From: Octopus vulgaris
Taxonomy: Eukaryota
Assembly: GCA_951406725.2 (NCBI GenBank)
Contig: OX597818.1
Coordinates: 23,746,001 to 23,810,000, forward strand
Reading direction: 5' to 3'
Length of the DNA: 64,000 nucleotides
The notes beneath the pieces are model-generated. The model saw only the letters and a list, made by a program, of their open reading frames with translations, was not told the origin of the DNA and did no database searches. Each line of letters begins with the position of its first letter. Position 1 is the first letter of the stretch. Shown piece after piece: positions 12,170 to 23,222 of the stretch. Position numbers and translations under genes: made by a program.

Positions 12170-14413
12170 TTATTTTCTTTTTGTCCTTTCTATAGTGTTC
12201 CATGACTTGTTCCTATAGAGTGGGCAAATCCCATTCCTATCATTACATAATATATTATCAAATTTCTTCATGGCTCCTTTGTATACTCTGATCCTTTCTT
12301 TATGGCTGTAACCTGAGAACTGCATGCGGTGAATGAAATACTGTATGTGTCTCTTTAATTCTGTAGGCTCGCACATGCGTGACACATTTCTCATTATTCT
12401 GACGAGGTCTGCCATCAAAATATTGAATTTGGCATTGCCCGCAATGGCTGAGTTCCGGTGGATCAGGTATTTTGAGGCCATAGGTTTTGCATAGTATGAA
12501 TGAAGGATTTGGGTTTTATTTTTCACAATTTCTAGCCAGAGTTCAGTGTCTAGTACTGGTAGTCTATGGTTGGGGTGTTTAGTGGGGTAGTCTATTGTGA
12601 CCTTAATACTCTGGTGGATGGAGTTAGCTATTTGCTGGATGCTCTCCATAGTATTAGTTTCTATTACTATATCAACAGTACTCTCTTGTGGGGGTGCCTT
12701 TACTACTATATTGATATCATCAACATAGCGAGAGTACATGTTTACGAGTATGGATTTCTGCAGTAGGCATTCTTTAAGCCTTCTGTCCCACCATACCATG
12801 AAGAGGTTGGCCACATCACCAGCGATACTAACACCGATGGCTGCCCCCTCGTCCTGGGCATATATTTTATTATTAAATTTAAATGTGTGGCCTTTTAGGG
12901 TAACTCTTATACTAGCTCCTAGTGCATGTGCGATCATTTTCTTTACCTGATGGACATTTGCGGGGCTCCGTATGGCTCTGGTCCATCCGCGCCATCTTTC
13001 TATATGTGTCTTCCTAGCCATAGAAGTAATTGTAGGCGGTCTACCTCTTAAACATCTACTGGGGCAGAAACTACTAAGATTATGTTTATCTAAGTATTCA
13101 CTATTATATGTCAGTCTAAGTAGGAGGCCCAGTTCTTCTGTGTCGACATTACAGAATTCCACCTGGCTCTCGTTGATCATCTCCACGCACTTCTCCACTG
13201 CAAAATCTACGTCAATCGATGGGTATAGGGATACCACATCCATGCTACCTACTATACATCCTGTCAAGTCACAAGTTTTGTTACAGTCACTGATCCTGCT
13301 TAGGAGATCTTCTGTGCTGTCACATACATCAGGTGACATCCTGATTATAGGGCGTATGATCATTGAGAGGAAGTAGGAGGTTCTGTAATTGCTAGCGATA
13401 TTCGCTCCACAGACTGGTCTTGTTGGTGGTCCTGCTATAGGGTCAGTAAAACCTTTATGGTCCTTGCGAAGTCCATACAGTGCCGGGATATCATTGTTCC
13501 AGGCTTGGAAATTCTTTGCAGTACGTTTCTGAGGTCCCAGAACAATTGTCCACATCATCATGTGGGCATTGAGGACCTTTTCTCTCTCCTCATGCGCCTG
13601 TACAGTTGTTACTTTTGTATTGGCGATATGAGGTTGCATTGCCTGGATGTAGTTCGGTAAGCTGTCTATTGACATCCTGCCGGACTTATCCGTGGGAAGG
13701 CATATCACCTCTCCGTTCCTCGTGCGCTGAATGAGCTTCTGTAGGCCACATGCAGGTTTAATCCCTAGTTGTTGGGCATCTGTCTTATTCTGTCTCTGTC
13801 TCTTAATGTATAAACCTAAAATCTGTCTAAGTTTGGTCCTAGCTATAGTGAACTGTGCTTCCATGTGGTCATTAGTACGTCTTGGGATGTATACCCTTTT
13901 GTTGAAGGGTAATGTTGTTGGATAAATTCGGTTCATGCAGTAAGTTTTGTCGCATACGTTGAAGAATTGAGTGTCAAAGGGATGAGTATACATGTCAATG
14001 GTCTCTCTAGGGTTATCTTCATTATCGTTACTGTTTCCAACATCAGCCTTCCTATTATTATTATCACCATTACCACTACTACTACTACTAGTATTCCTAT
14101 TACCACCACAACTATCACTACTATCCTCATTACTACTTCTACTGTTACCATCACCACTACTACTACCACTATTATTGTTATTACCTTTATTCCTACCATT
14201 GCCATTATTACTATCATCGCTAGTGATATATTCATTGTTCCTGTTTCTGGTATATGTGTTGTTTATATTAGTGTTGGGTTTTATGTCTGTCTGTTGGTCC
14301 CTGTCAATCCCCTTGTTGCGGTCGTTATTTTTGTTCCTATGAGTATTGTTATCTGTTTCAAGTCCGCTGACTCCCTGTCCAAGGATCCTGTTGCATTCAA
14401 CTTTATTCTCCAT
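12170..14413 (-). CDS. PLE reverse transcriptase (middle part of a frameshifted single ORF)
   Basis: TDKSG, PALYGLRKDHK, RPVCGA, SMDVVSLYPSI, QDEGAAIG, SRYVDDI, LPVLD, YAKPM motifs; frame is open upstream to about 14590. Confidence 0.9.
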   Translation of the reverse strand: MENKVECNRILGQGVSGLETDNNTHRNKNNDRNKGIDRDQQTDIKPNTNINNTYTRNRNNEYITSDDSNNGNGRNKGNNNNSGSSSGDGNSRSSNEDSSDSCGGNRNTSSSSSGNGDNNNRKADVGNSNDNEDNPRETIDMYTHPFDTQFFNVCDKTYCMNRIYPTTLPFNKRVYIPRRTNDHMEAQFTIARTKLRQILGLYIKRQRQNKTDAQQLGIKPACGLQKLIQRTRNGEVICLPTDKSGRMSIDSLPNYIQAMQPHIANTKVTTVQAHEEREKVLNAHMMMWTIVLGPQKRTAKNFQAWNNDIPALYGLRKDHKGFTDPIAGPPTRPVCGANIASNYRTSYFLSMIIRPIIRMSPDVCDSTEDLLSRISDCNKTCDLTGCIVGSMDVVSLYPSIDVDFAVEKCVEMINESQVEFCNVDTEELGLLLRLTYNSEYLDKHNLSSFCPSRCLRGRPPTITSMARKTHIERWRGWTRAIRSPANVHQVKKMIAHALGASIRVTLKGHTFKFNNKIYAQDEGAAIGVSIAGDVANLFMVWWDRRLKECLLQKSILVNMYSRYVDDINIVVKAPPQESTVDIVIETNTMESIQQIANSIHQSIKVTIDYPTKHPNHRLPVLDTELWLEIVKNKTQILHSYYAKPMASKYLIHRNSAIAGNAKFNILMADLVRIMRNVSRMCEPTELKRHIQYFIHRMQFSGYSHKERIRVYKGAMKKFDNILCNDRNGICPLYRNKSWNTIERTKRK

Positions 14414-14574
14414 CGTGACCCCTATGACACAACTTTTATTCGTGTTTTTGTGACTATGGCTATCTGTGTGTGTGTTTGTGTGTCGGTTCTCCCTATAATT
14501 GTTGTTGTTGTTGCTGTTGTATACGATTTTTCTCTCTCTGTTTGTGTTTTTGTTTTTGTATCTATTGTTTGTGT

Positions 14575-15513
14575 CTATGCATACATTTTTCTATTGTTAT
14601 TGTTGTTGTCGCTGTTAGGGTTCGTGTTGTTGTTGTTGTTGCCGCTGTTAGGGTTCGTGTTGCTTTTGTTGCTACGGTTGTTATTGTTGCGGTCATTATT
14701 GTTTGTGTTGTTGTTGCTGCGGTTAGTGTTTTTCGCGTTGTTGTTGTTGTCGCAAGTGTTGTTGTCATAGTATCTATTTAAATTCCAACGTATTTTTGTG
14801 AACGACTTTTCAATCTCGGACAGGCATTTGATGGTATTCACTTTACTATACACTGCATACTTTGGTGGTAGTTGAAGTATCGATATTTCATCTGGGTCCG
14901 TTGTTACTCCCCCATAGAAGTTCGCTTCATTGTCTTTATTGAACTCTTCTGGTAGTAGCACATCTTCCATAATAATTCCATTTATTGTATCTGGATACTT
15001 CTGCTTTTCTTCCTTTGCGAGCTCATATTGACGTTTCTGTTTCAACCACGATAACTTCCTCTTAAAATGGATATTGCATTGGTGTATTACATGTCTGTTT
15101 TCTTCATATATTATATCCATTATTAAGGTTTTCTCCTTTCGTGTGGTGATACTTTTAATTTCTTTTAAAAATATACGTTTACGCTTCTCTTGTTCGCTCA
15201 GCTCTCTGTATATTCTATTTCTAATATTTACCATTAGCGTCCTTTTTAGTCTTTCCGCTTGTCCGTTAGTGAGGTCAAGCCGTTTAACGTTGGCTGTGAC
15301 CTTGTTGATACATATCCTGGACGAGACACATTGTTTTATAAAACGAAGCTGTTGCGTTGTCACAGTTTTCTTTAGGCAACAAAATATAGTGTTCTTCAGC
15401 ATCTTGCAAGCCTGGCTGTGGCTCACGTTAGTACGTTTAAATATTTGTTGTGCAAGATTTTTTATGTGAAGTCGTGTGTTGAAACAGATATTGTTATATT
15501 TCGGAATGGTCAT
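14575..15513 (-). CDS. PLE ORF N-terminal part
   Basis: Starts just after the pLTR; LPPKYAVY...EIEKSFTKIRWN motif; Asn-rich tail; one A short of fusing with the RT frame. Confidence 0.8.
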   Translation of the reverse strand: MTIPKYNNICFNTRLHIKNLAQQIFKRTNVSHSQACKMLKNTIFCCLKKTVTTQQLRFIKQCVSSRICINKVTANVKRLDLTNGQAERLKRTLMVNIRNRIYRELSEQEKRKRIFLKEIKSITTRKEKTLIMDIIYEENRHVIHQCNIHFKRKLSWLKQKRQYELAKEEKQKYPDTINGIIMEDVLLPEEFNKDNEANFYGGVTTDPDEISILQLPPKYAVYSKVNTIKCLSEIEKSFTKIRWNLNRYYDNNTCDNNNNAKNTNRSNNNTNNNDRNNNNRSNKSNTNPNSGNNNNNTNPNSDNNNNNRKMYA

Positions 15514-15609
15514 ATTGCCAGTTTAGCCAATAAAAACACACGCACTATATATTTGGTGTTATTTTGCTTCAGTGATATTTATTTTTTACATTAATCTTAA
15601 TCTTATTTC

Positions 15610-15654
15610 GGCCAAAGTTCTTTCGTCACACTCCTGTGACCGCATCAGTGGTCC
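15610..15654 (-). ncRNA. PLE pLTR hammerhead candidate (second copy)
   Basis: Identical to 11182-11226. Confidence 0.6.
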
Positions 15655-16173
15655 TTTGTTTTCTTCTCACTTACTTGTGTCTCTCCTTACTAACCGTCAG
15701 CCATTTTGTATTTCTATTGTATGTCTTCATTTGCGCATGCTTATATCTCTATGTGCGTCTATGTTTATTTAGTGTGTGTGTGGGGGGGATGCCTGTAATA
15801 TTTGTATCTTCTGGTTATATACATTCTTGTAATTTGTATTTTGTTTTTGTTGTTGTTGCTTTTGTTCTAATTTTGTTCATGTGTTTACATCCACCCATTA
15901 TTATCATTACATATGCTTGTATGTATGTATAACAACAATATTAGTAATAATATTAATAAATCTAATCGAGAAAAAAAAAAAAAAAAAAGAATATACATAT
16001 ACATATATATATATATACATACATATACATATACATATATATATATATACATATATACACACATATATACACATATACATATACACATATATACACATAT
16101 ACATATATATAGATATTCATTTCTATTTCTTTAATTACCTGTGTATTTATTATGTTTGCAGGATCCACTATTG

Positions 16174-16707
16174 TCATATGTTGTGGTGTGCGCTATTGCT
16201 CCATTCTAGTTTTCTATTCAGGCTAGGTTTATTTTCTATTATATGTGTAGCTTCTGTAATTTGTCTAATTGTTGCATCTGTTCTATGTGTGGACAATATA
16301 TTAATCTCTATGTTATTGATTGATCCCCCGTGTTCTTGTTCGGCGTGTTGGTACAGAATCGATGAGCTTTTACCTTCCTTGAGTTGTCTCCAATGTTCAT
16401 TCACCCGCTCACCAATGCTTCTTGCAGTTTCCCCTACGTATGTTACTGTCTTGTTACTGCATCGTCCCTCTATACATCTTATACTATAGACCACATTTCT
16501 GGCTTTACAGTTCGTTTGTGGGCTAAATCTACATACAGTGCAATAGTTATCCGTACAGAGAGTTCTACTAAAAGGATAGGTTCTACCAATTATAGATCTG
16601 ATAGGGTTGCCTGGCTTTTCAACAACCTTAATTCTTAGTTTAAGTTTATCTAGGGTCCTTCTAAAGCGGTACGCTAGTTCACCTCCAGGGGTGGTGTCAA
16701 CGAACAT
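16174..16707 (-). CDS. PLE Cys-rich linker plus GIY-YIG endonuclease (intact copy in the upstream tandem unit)
   Basis: TPGGEL, C-x4-C-x2-C-x7-C, NVVYSIRC, YVGETARSIGERVNEH, RQITEATHI, PSLNRKLEW. Confidence 0.88.
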   Translation of the reverse strand: MFVDTTPGGELAYRFRRTLDKLKLRIKVVEKPGNPIRSIIGRTYPFSRTLCTDNYCTVCRFSPQTNCKARNVVYSIRCIEGRCSNKTVTYVGETARSIGERVNEHWRQLKEGKSSSILYQHAEQEHGGSINNIEINILSTHRTDATIRQITEATHIIENKPSLNRKLEWSNSAHHNI

Positions 16708-17093
16708 GACACTCTGGTATTTATGGCTATCATACCAAGAGTTGGCCTTCCTTATTTTCTTTTTTGTCCTTTCTATAGTGTTCCATGACTTGTAATATTA
16801 TTACTAATATTGTTGTTATACATACATACAAGCATATGTAATGATAATAATGGGTGGATGTAAACACATGAACAAAATTAGAACAAAAGCAACAACAACA
16901 AAAACAAAATACAAATTACAAGAATGTATATAACCAGAAGATACAAATATTACAGGCATCCCCCCCACACACACACTAAATAAACATAGACGCACATAGA
17001 GATATAAGCATGCGCAAATGAAGACATACAATAGAAATACAAAATGGCTGACGGTTAGTAAGGAGAGACACAAGTAAGTGAGAAGAAAACAAA

Positions 17094-17138
17094 GGACCAC
17101 TGATGCGGTCACAGGAGTGTGACGAAAGAACTTTGGCC
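17094..17138 (+). ncRNA. PLE pLTR hammerhead candidate (inverted copy)
   Basis: Reverse complement of 15610-15654. Confidence 0.6.
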
Positions 17139-17252
17139 GAAATAAGATTAAGATTAATGTAAAAAATAAATATCACTGAAGCAAAATAACACCAAATATA
17201 TAGTGCGTGTGTTTTTATTGGCTAAACTGGCAATATGACCATTCCGAAATAT

Positions 17253-17315
<63 letters not shown>

Positions 17316-17393
17316 CACACACATATATCTGTGTGTGTGTTTGTGTAATGTATATGTATATCTTTTTTTCATCTTTCTTTCACTGGCTTCAGC

Positions 17394-18300
17394 CTAGGGC
17401 TTAGGTAATGCTGGTACATCACCTATAGTTACTCGGTGTTGTTTCCCATATTGTTTTGAGGGAATTAGCGAGTTGGACGGAGCTGCTCTTCTTTGCGTCT
17501 CCTGCCGCGATGTGAGTTCATCAGGTATCTCAGATAGAAAACCGACCAGACTTTCCTTGAAAACTTCTCCATCAACACCATGTAGATCTCTAAGGTTGCC
17601 TGGAAGGATGTTGAACAATTGCGGGCCCTTCACACCCAGCCTATTGCATTCCTGTGACTTTATTTTAGATGGGGAAGACAGGATCTTTGGTATGATGCAG
17701 TGCCGTCCAGTTCGAGAATTGGTATAGCTGTCAATTCCAAAATTTGATGCTAAACCTTACCAGGTCTTCCAAATATATATCACCGCAAATCTCTCCCGTC
17801 TTCTTTCCAGGAAATAGAGACTCGGCTCCTTTGGCCTCTCCCAGTAGCCCATCTTTTGCATCGAGTCAATCTTCTTTGTGTGTAGGCGCTGGATTGCTTC
17901 GATTTTCACAGTTTGTTTCACACTCTCTGGGGCCATAGTTGGGAGCATTAGTCCAAGAGGCTGAGAACTAAAGTCTTCCATAGGAGTAGCAGGGCTTCTC
18001 TTTTCCTGCACAATGTTGCCATCTTGGTAATATACACATGGATTCTGACTCTGGGATCATATCATCTTCTGGTCCAGTGTATTCCGATTTTAGCCTGGTG
18101 TTGGACCGATAGTGGAGTGCCTGAAATTTTACAGCATTGAACTGCATGTTATTTTTGTTAACCCATTTCTAGATTTCGTTCAAGTCTTTCTGCAGTTTTA
18201 TGATATCCTCTGGGCTCCTAACTGCCAGCGATACTTTTATGTTGTCAGCATAACTGGTCAGATTAGTTGACTGTACCGTGGAGGACATGTCTGAGAGGGT
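17394..18300 (-). pseudogene. Decayed 3' fragment of a CR1-group LINE RT
   Basis: SYADNIK, ERRRERFAVIYIWK, GPQLFNILP...RAAPSNSL; homologous to the 48699-51803 ORF; frameshifted. Confidence 0.85.
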
Positions 18301-18423
18301 AACCGAAAATATACATATATATACATGTATATACATATATATACATATACGTATACATATAAATTTATATATATACATCTAGACATATACATCTATATAT
18401 ATACATATGTACACATATATATA

Positions 18424-18467
<44 letters not shown>

Positions 18468-18571
18468 TACATATATATATACATATAAATTTATATATAT
18501 ACATATATATACATATATACATATACATCTATACATATATATGTATACATATACAGCTATCCATAAACATC

Positions 18572-18603
<32 letters not shown>

Positions 18604-19034
18604 CATACACATACATACATATGTGCAGATGGATATACGCATATATATATATATGTATGTATGCATGCATGCATGCATGTATGTATGTATGTATGTATGT
18701 ATATAGATGTGAGACGCATGTATAGATGTGAGACATATATGTGAGATAACAGTTTCACTTTAATAGTTTCAGTATTAATAGTGAACCTATTAGACTAAAA
18801 GCATCTCACATTACAATAGAGATGTTATGGTTTCACTTTTGACACATAATACTGAAATAGTGTAAGAGATAAGAGATTGCTCCGGGCTCGCATTAGGCAA
18901 GAAGTTGAAAATATTTTTGGCCCATGACACTACATGGACACTAAGTAAGGCATGTGTAAAATTTGAATAAAATTGGTTGGGTAGTTCTGAGTTTTAGTGA
19001 TGCACACGTTAGACAGACAAACACACATTCTCAG

Positions 19035-19074
<40 letters not shown>

Positions 19075-19338
19075 TGTCTGGGGAGAGTCGTTCTCTTTTA
19101 GTGCTTTATTATTTAACACAATCACCGGTTCGATTTCCACTCATTTATTTATCTTTTTTTTTTTAAATTTTCGTTGCGTCTTGCAACCTTTAGAAGAAAA
19201 AAAAAAAAGTAAATGAGTGGAAATCGAACCGGTGATTGTGTTAAATAATAAGTCAATAAAAGAGAATGACTCTCCCCAGACAATAAAATATGCTTCAACA
19301 CACGAGTCCACATGAAGAATCTTGCAAACCAAATACAA
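19075..19338. mobile_element. Palindromic terminal fragment of a related Neptune-like PLE subfamily
   Basis: About 72-bp inverted arms (19075-19147 / 19210-19282); 19266-19338 encodes MTLPR..KICFNTRVHMKNLANQI (frameshifted), similar to the ORF start [24 protein letters not shown]. Confidence 0.7.
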
Positions 19339-19397
19339 AAGCTACATATATATATATATATACACGTCCAGACCTCTCATACGCACTAATACTCTCT

Positions 19398-19432
<35 letters not shown>

Positions 19433-19567
19433 ATGTTGGAGCTGGTCACTCTCGCGTCTCATGTTTGATCTTTAACTTCTGGCCGAAATCAGATCGCCAT
19501 GTTGATTCGTTAGTTATTGCACGCATTTTTTTCTCTCCTTCTTTCTGTGTTTTTTTCTCTCTGTGTA

Positions 19568-19605
19568 TCTTTCTGTTGAAGAGCGTAGGCTCGAAACGTT
19601 AAAGA
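19568..19605 (+). ncRNA. Minimal hammerhead, U6 variant with 8-nt core
   Basis: UCUUU-CUGUUGAA-GAGC GUAG GCUC-GAAA-CG-UU-AAAGA; perfect 5-bp stem I. Confidence 0.6.
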
Positions 19606-19702
19606 CTTGTTTTATTTATATTTCCTGAGCGCCATACTAATACAATTGTTTGTTTGTTTTCCACCTGCCTTCGTCTTTTGTCTATTTTCATAAAGCTTCC
19701 CG

Positions 19703-19759
<57 letters not shown>

Positions 19760-20203
19760 TATGTATGTATGTATGTATGTATGTATATGACCAGCTTCTT
19801 TCGGTTTCCGTCTACTAAATCCACTCACAAGGATTCAGTCGGCTCGAGGCTATAGTAGAAGACATTTGTTTTTACAAATTTTCGTGCAGTCTGTTTTGGA
19901 TTTTCCTCAACTACAGTTTTCAGAGGCTTCATATTGAATGCGAGCCATTATCAGTTAGAGATTAGACTGGTGCATTATCTAATAGAGGAGTGACAATAGC
20001 CGAGTATATTATGTTATCCATTCCACACACACATTTAAACGCGCATCGATGGGGTTTTTATCTAACGCATTTCAATTTTGAAGAGTAAACTTGTGAAGTC
20101 AATTGACGTCATTACCAAAAATTCTTCAGTAATGTTTTCTATTATATTTAAATTACATTTTCCTAACAGCCATTCCCTACGCGCGAATACACACACACAC
20201 ACA

Positions 20204-20261
<58 letters not shown>

Positions 20262-20380
20262 GACAAACATGCAAATATATATATAAAGTTAATCCAAACA
20301 TGAAAACACAAAGAGAAAACACAACAACGCGAGGACGTGGAACAGCATATTGTTATTGGACAGAAGGAAAAAGAAGGAGA

Positions 20381-20412
20381 TTTAACGTTTCGAGCGGAGC
20401 TCTTGTCAGAGG
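20381..20412 (-). ncRNA. Degenerate hammerhead-like motif (same family as 8499)
   Basis: CUGACAA-GAGC UCC GCUC-GAAA-CGUU. Confidence 0.4.
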
Positions 20413-20855
20413 AAAATCGCCAACGATACACACGCGGAAATATATACGAAACATGTCTGCAGATGTCTGACTGAAGGTGAAGCGCTATATATATATAGAG
20501 GCTATATATATATATAGTAGTGTTTCTACTTCGCGGATTTTCACCAGCTGCGGGTAGTTTTTAAGAGAGAGAGAGAAAGACAGGCAGAAATTTGGATGGT
20601 TGTATATTTACAGATTTTTCATTAATATGTCACATGTTTTTATAAATCATATATTAGCGCTTGCATCTACTCCAGTAGAATCTTCAGATTTGAATTTGTT
20701 TGAGAGGATTCTTCTTTTTATAGTATTATTGAGTGTTTGGGGTGGAGAGAATATGATAGTAAAGAGGGTGAGAAATGGAATGAAAGGAGAGAGAGTGTGT
20801 GTGTAGACAGACAACAGACAGACAAACATGCAAATCTTTCAAAAAATATTTATTA

Positions 20856-20923
<68 letters not shown>

Positions 20924-21190
20924 CTGTGTATCTGAACGGAGTTAATGGAAAGAGAAGGAAAGAAAGAAGGAAGAAAGGAAAACATGAAAATTGTGTTTAC
21001 AACTATACAGCTGTTCAGTTCTTTCAATAGAAGATGACAAGTTGGTTAATAAAAGTTATTTGTCAAAAAATTGTCTGGATTTATTATTATCGTCATCATC
21101 CTTGTCCAATGTTTGATTCCTGTGCTGGTATGGGTTGGAAAATCTGGATGCAAGATTGTTTCTATTTATGTATATGTACATATGTATAGT

Positions 21191-21293
<103 letters not shown>

Positions 21294-21595
21294 AATACAA
21301 AATTACAGTTTACAAAATTGGTCCTTCATCCAGTTCAAATCATTACAGAAATGATATTTCACCATTCACAGGTATATTTATATATATTAAGAGGAATGAA
21401 GAAAAGGAGCAATTCTTTACTAATGTGAACATTTTAGGATGGGCAATAGTGTACAAGGGAAAGTGTCTTGTGTAGGAGCTCAATGAAACAGATATGCATA
21501 CAATTTCTTGTACATTGTGAGGACATTATTATACAGACTAAGCTAATAGTTCTAGATAGGTGTATAGGGAAGTTGCTGTGCTTTTCATATATATA

Positions 21596-21636
<41 letters not shown>

Positions 21637-22259
21637 CACTTTACGAGGACCCTTTTTACGAGATCCCGGGTTTACGAGTTTTATTTTTCAGTTCACTTTT
21701 GTATGGTGAGCTGAAATTTTTCAAGCGAAAGATCCAAATTTTGAATGAAGTGCATAAGTTTCTACCACCATAACAAATGCTTCTGCGTGTTACCGAGAAA
21801 TTTATTGAGAACGAAGAAAAAGCTTCCTCTGAGCAACTAACTCTAGACTGGTTTTTAAAAAGAAATCTACAAGTTTGTTTACGATTGCTTGTGAATCGGT
21901 GATCGCGTCTACAAGTAATGGTGTGCGCGAGTCTAATGCGAGTGAAAGTGATTCACAAAACGATTATCGTTATAATAATATTTTTTATTATAAATGATTT
22001 TGACATTCTTTTTACTTTACATACAATATTCTTTACATTCTACTGTTGTTTTATTGCCATATATTTACGAGTGTTATAAATTTTATAGGTCGTAGTCAGT
22101 TAATTTTGTAAATAAAAAAATTCCAGAACGAAACTCTACTGGCAAAGCCTTGGGCGACTCGAAGTTATCCCCCTTACTCCAGTATCAGTTATGTCCACGA
22201 AGGGGCTGCCGAAGACATCCGGGTCTGACAGCATTTCCATAGTTCGCAAATGGGGAATT

Positions 22260-22560
22260 CTATGTTTTCAACAGGAATTTTCTCTGATGAGGGTAATGAC
22301 TAAGCATCTCTTTTTTGGAGTATTTCAGGATTCTTGCTCTTTCGGCAAAGCAAAGCTTATATCGTTTGCTTCCGGTGAGGCATGGCCCTGGTTGTTTTGG
22401 GCGCCTCCATTTAATTATGCATGACGTATTCTCTTCTTTTAAACGCCATACATAGCTGGCCAGGAGCGTGATGTTGCGTATCTCTGGTATCTTGAATGAG
22501 GACCTGTGATTGCTCGGACGATGCTTGAACGGGCCGCCTGTAGATCCGATATATTTCCGT
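22260..22560 (-). pseudogene. Naiad-type PLE GIY-YIG remnant
   Basis: KYIGSTGGPFKHRPSNHRSSF...LLASYVWRLK...IKW...LCFAE. Confidence 0.75.
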
Positions 22561-22589
22561 GTCTGTACTCTTGTATTGGTGGTGTTACA

Positions 22590-22945
22590 GCCACTGTTGT
22601 TGCTGTCGTTGTCGCTGATGACAACGGGCACGGTAGTGACCGGTGGCTGCAGCAACAGCTGCTGCTGTTGCTGTTACTGCTACCTTTGGTGCTGCTGCTG
22701 CTGATGTCGCTGCCGTCGTTACTGCTATTACTGGATGCGAATCTGGTGCCGCAGTTGCCGCCAACAAGGCCGCTGTTGCTGTGACTGATGGATGCATTAC
22801 TGGTGCTGTTGTAGCTGTTGGTATTACTGTCGTAGATGCAGTTGCTGCTTGACGTGCTGCTGGTGTAACTAACGCCGTCGACGCTGTTGCAATCGCTATT
22901 GATGTTGTTGTTATCGGCGGGTGTGTTGTTAGTATTGTTGCTGGT
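22590..22945 (+). repeat. Degenerate (CTG/GTT)-type trinucleotide low-complexity tract
   Basis: Direct reading; source of the spurious Ala/Thr-rich ORFs. Confidence 0.7.
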
Positions 22946-23029
22946 GACAAAGGGGTCTCCTCAAATCTCAGGAATCTTTCTTTGGGTTCTTCAAGAATGA
23001 AGAATTGTTTTTCTACATATCGACAATGC

Positions 23030-23222
23030 AAGTTTCAATTTCAATACCCTCCAGCTCTTTGAGTTCAGTTCGGGCGTTGTGCCAAGTGTACCAATTACAA
23101 TAGGAACTATTGTCACCTTTGTCTTCTATAATCTCTTCTCTGGCTAAGTTCTGAAATTTTCCAAATTTCTCAATTTCTTGGCTTTCCACCCTTTTAACAT
23201 CTGGTATTTCTGACTTTTGCAC
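23030..23222 (-). pseudogene. R4/Dong-type LINE endonuclease C-terminal remnant
   Basis: IPDVKRVESQEIEKFGKFQNLAREEI followed by IVPIVIGTLG-like sequence in the adjacent frame. Confidence 0.45.

Larger units (their letters stand above)
11008..17259 (-). mobile_element. Penelope-like retroelement (Neptune-like): partial tandem with inverted pLTR, inserted in (TA)n
   Basis: Direct repeat about 11008-12212 = 15436-16793 (HHR-to-HHR spacing 4428 bp); inverted pLTR about 16793-17259; RT and GIY-YIG ORFs; a hammerhead in each pLTR. Confidence 0.92.

Noticed and set aside
13967-14781. Hydrophobic plus-strand ORFs
   Set aside because: Antisense shadows of the Asn-rich PLE coding region
21309-21371. 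Possible plus-strand exon (YKIGPSSSSNHYRNDISPFT)
   Set aside because: Weak splice signals, no recognisable homology, and opposite strand to the supported exon
22585-23031. Ala/Thr-rich mucin- or antifreeze-like ORF
   Set aside because: Degenerate trinucleotide repeat between TE remnants; no splice or start context
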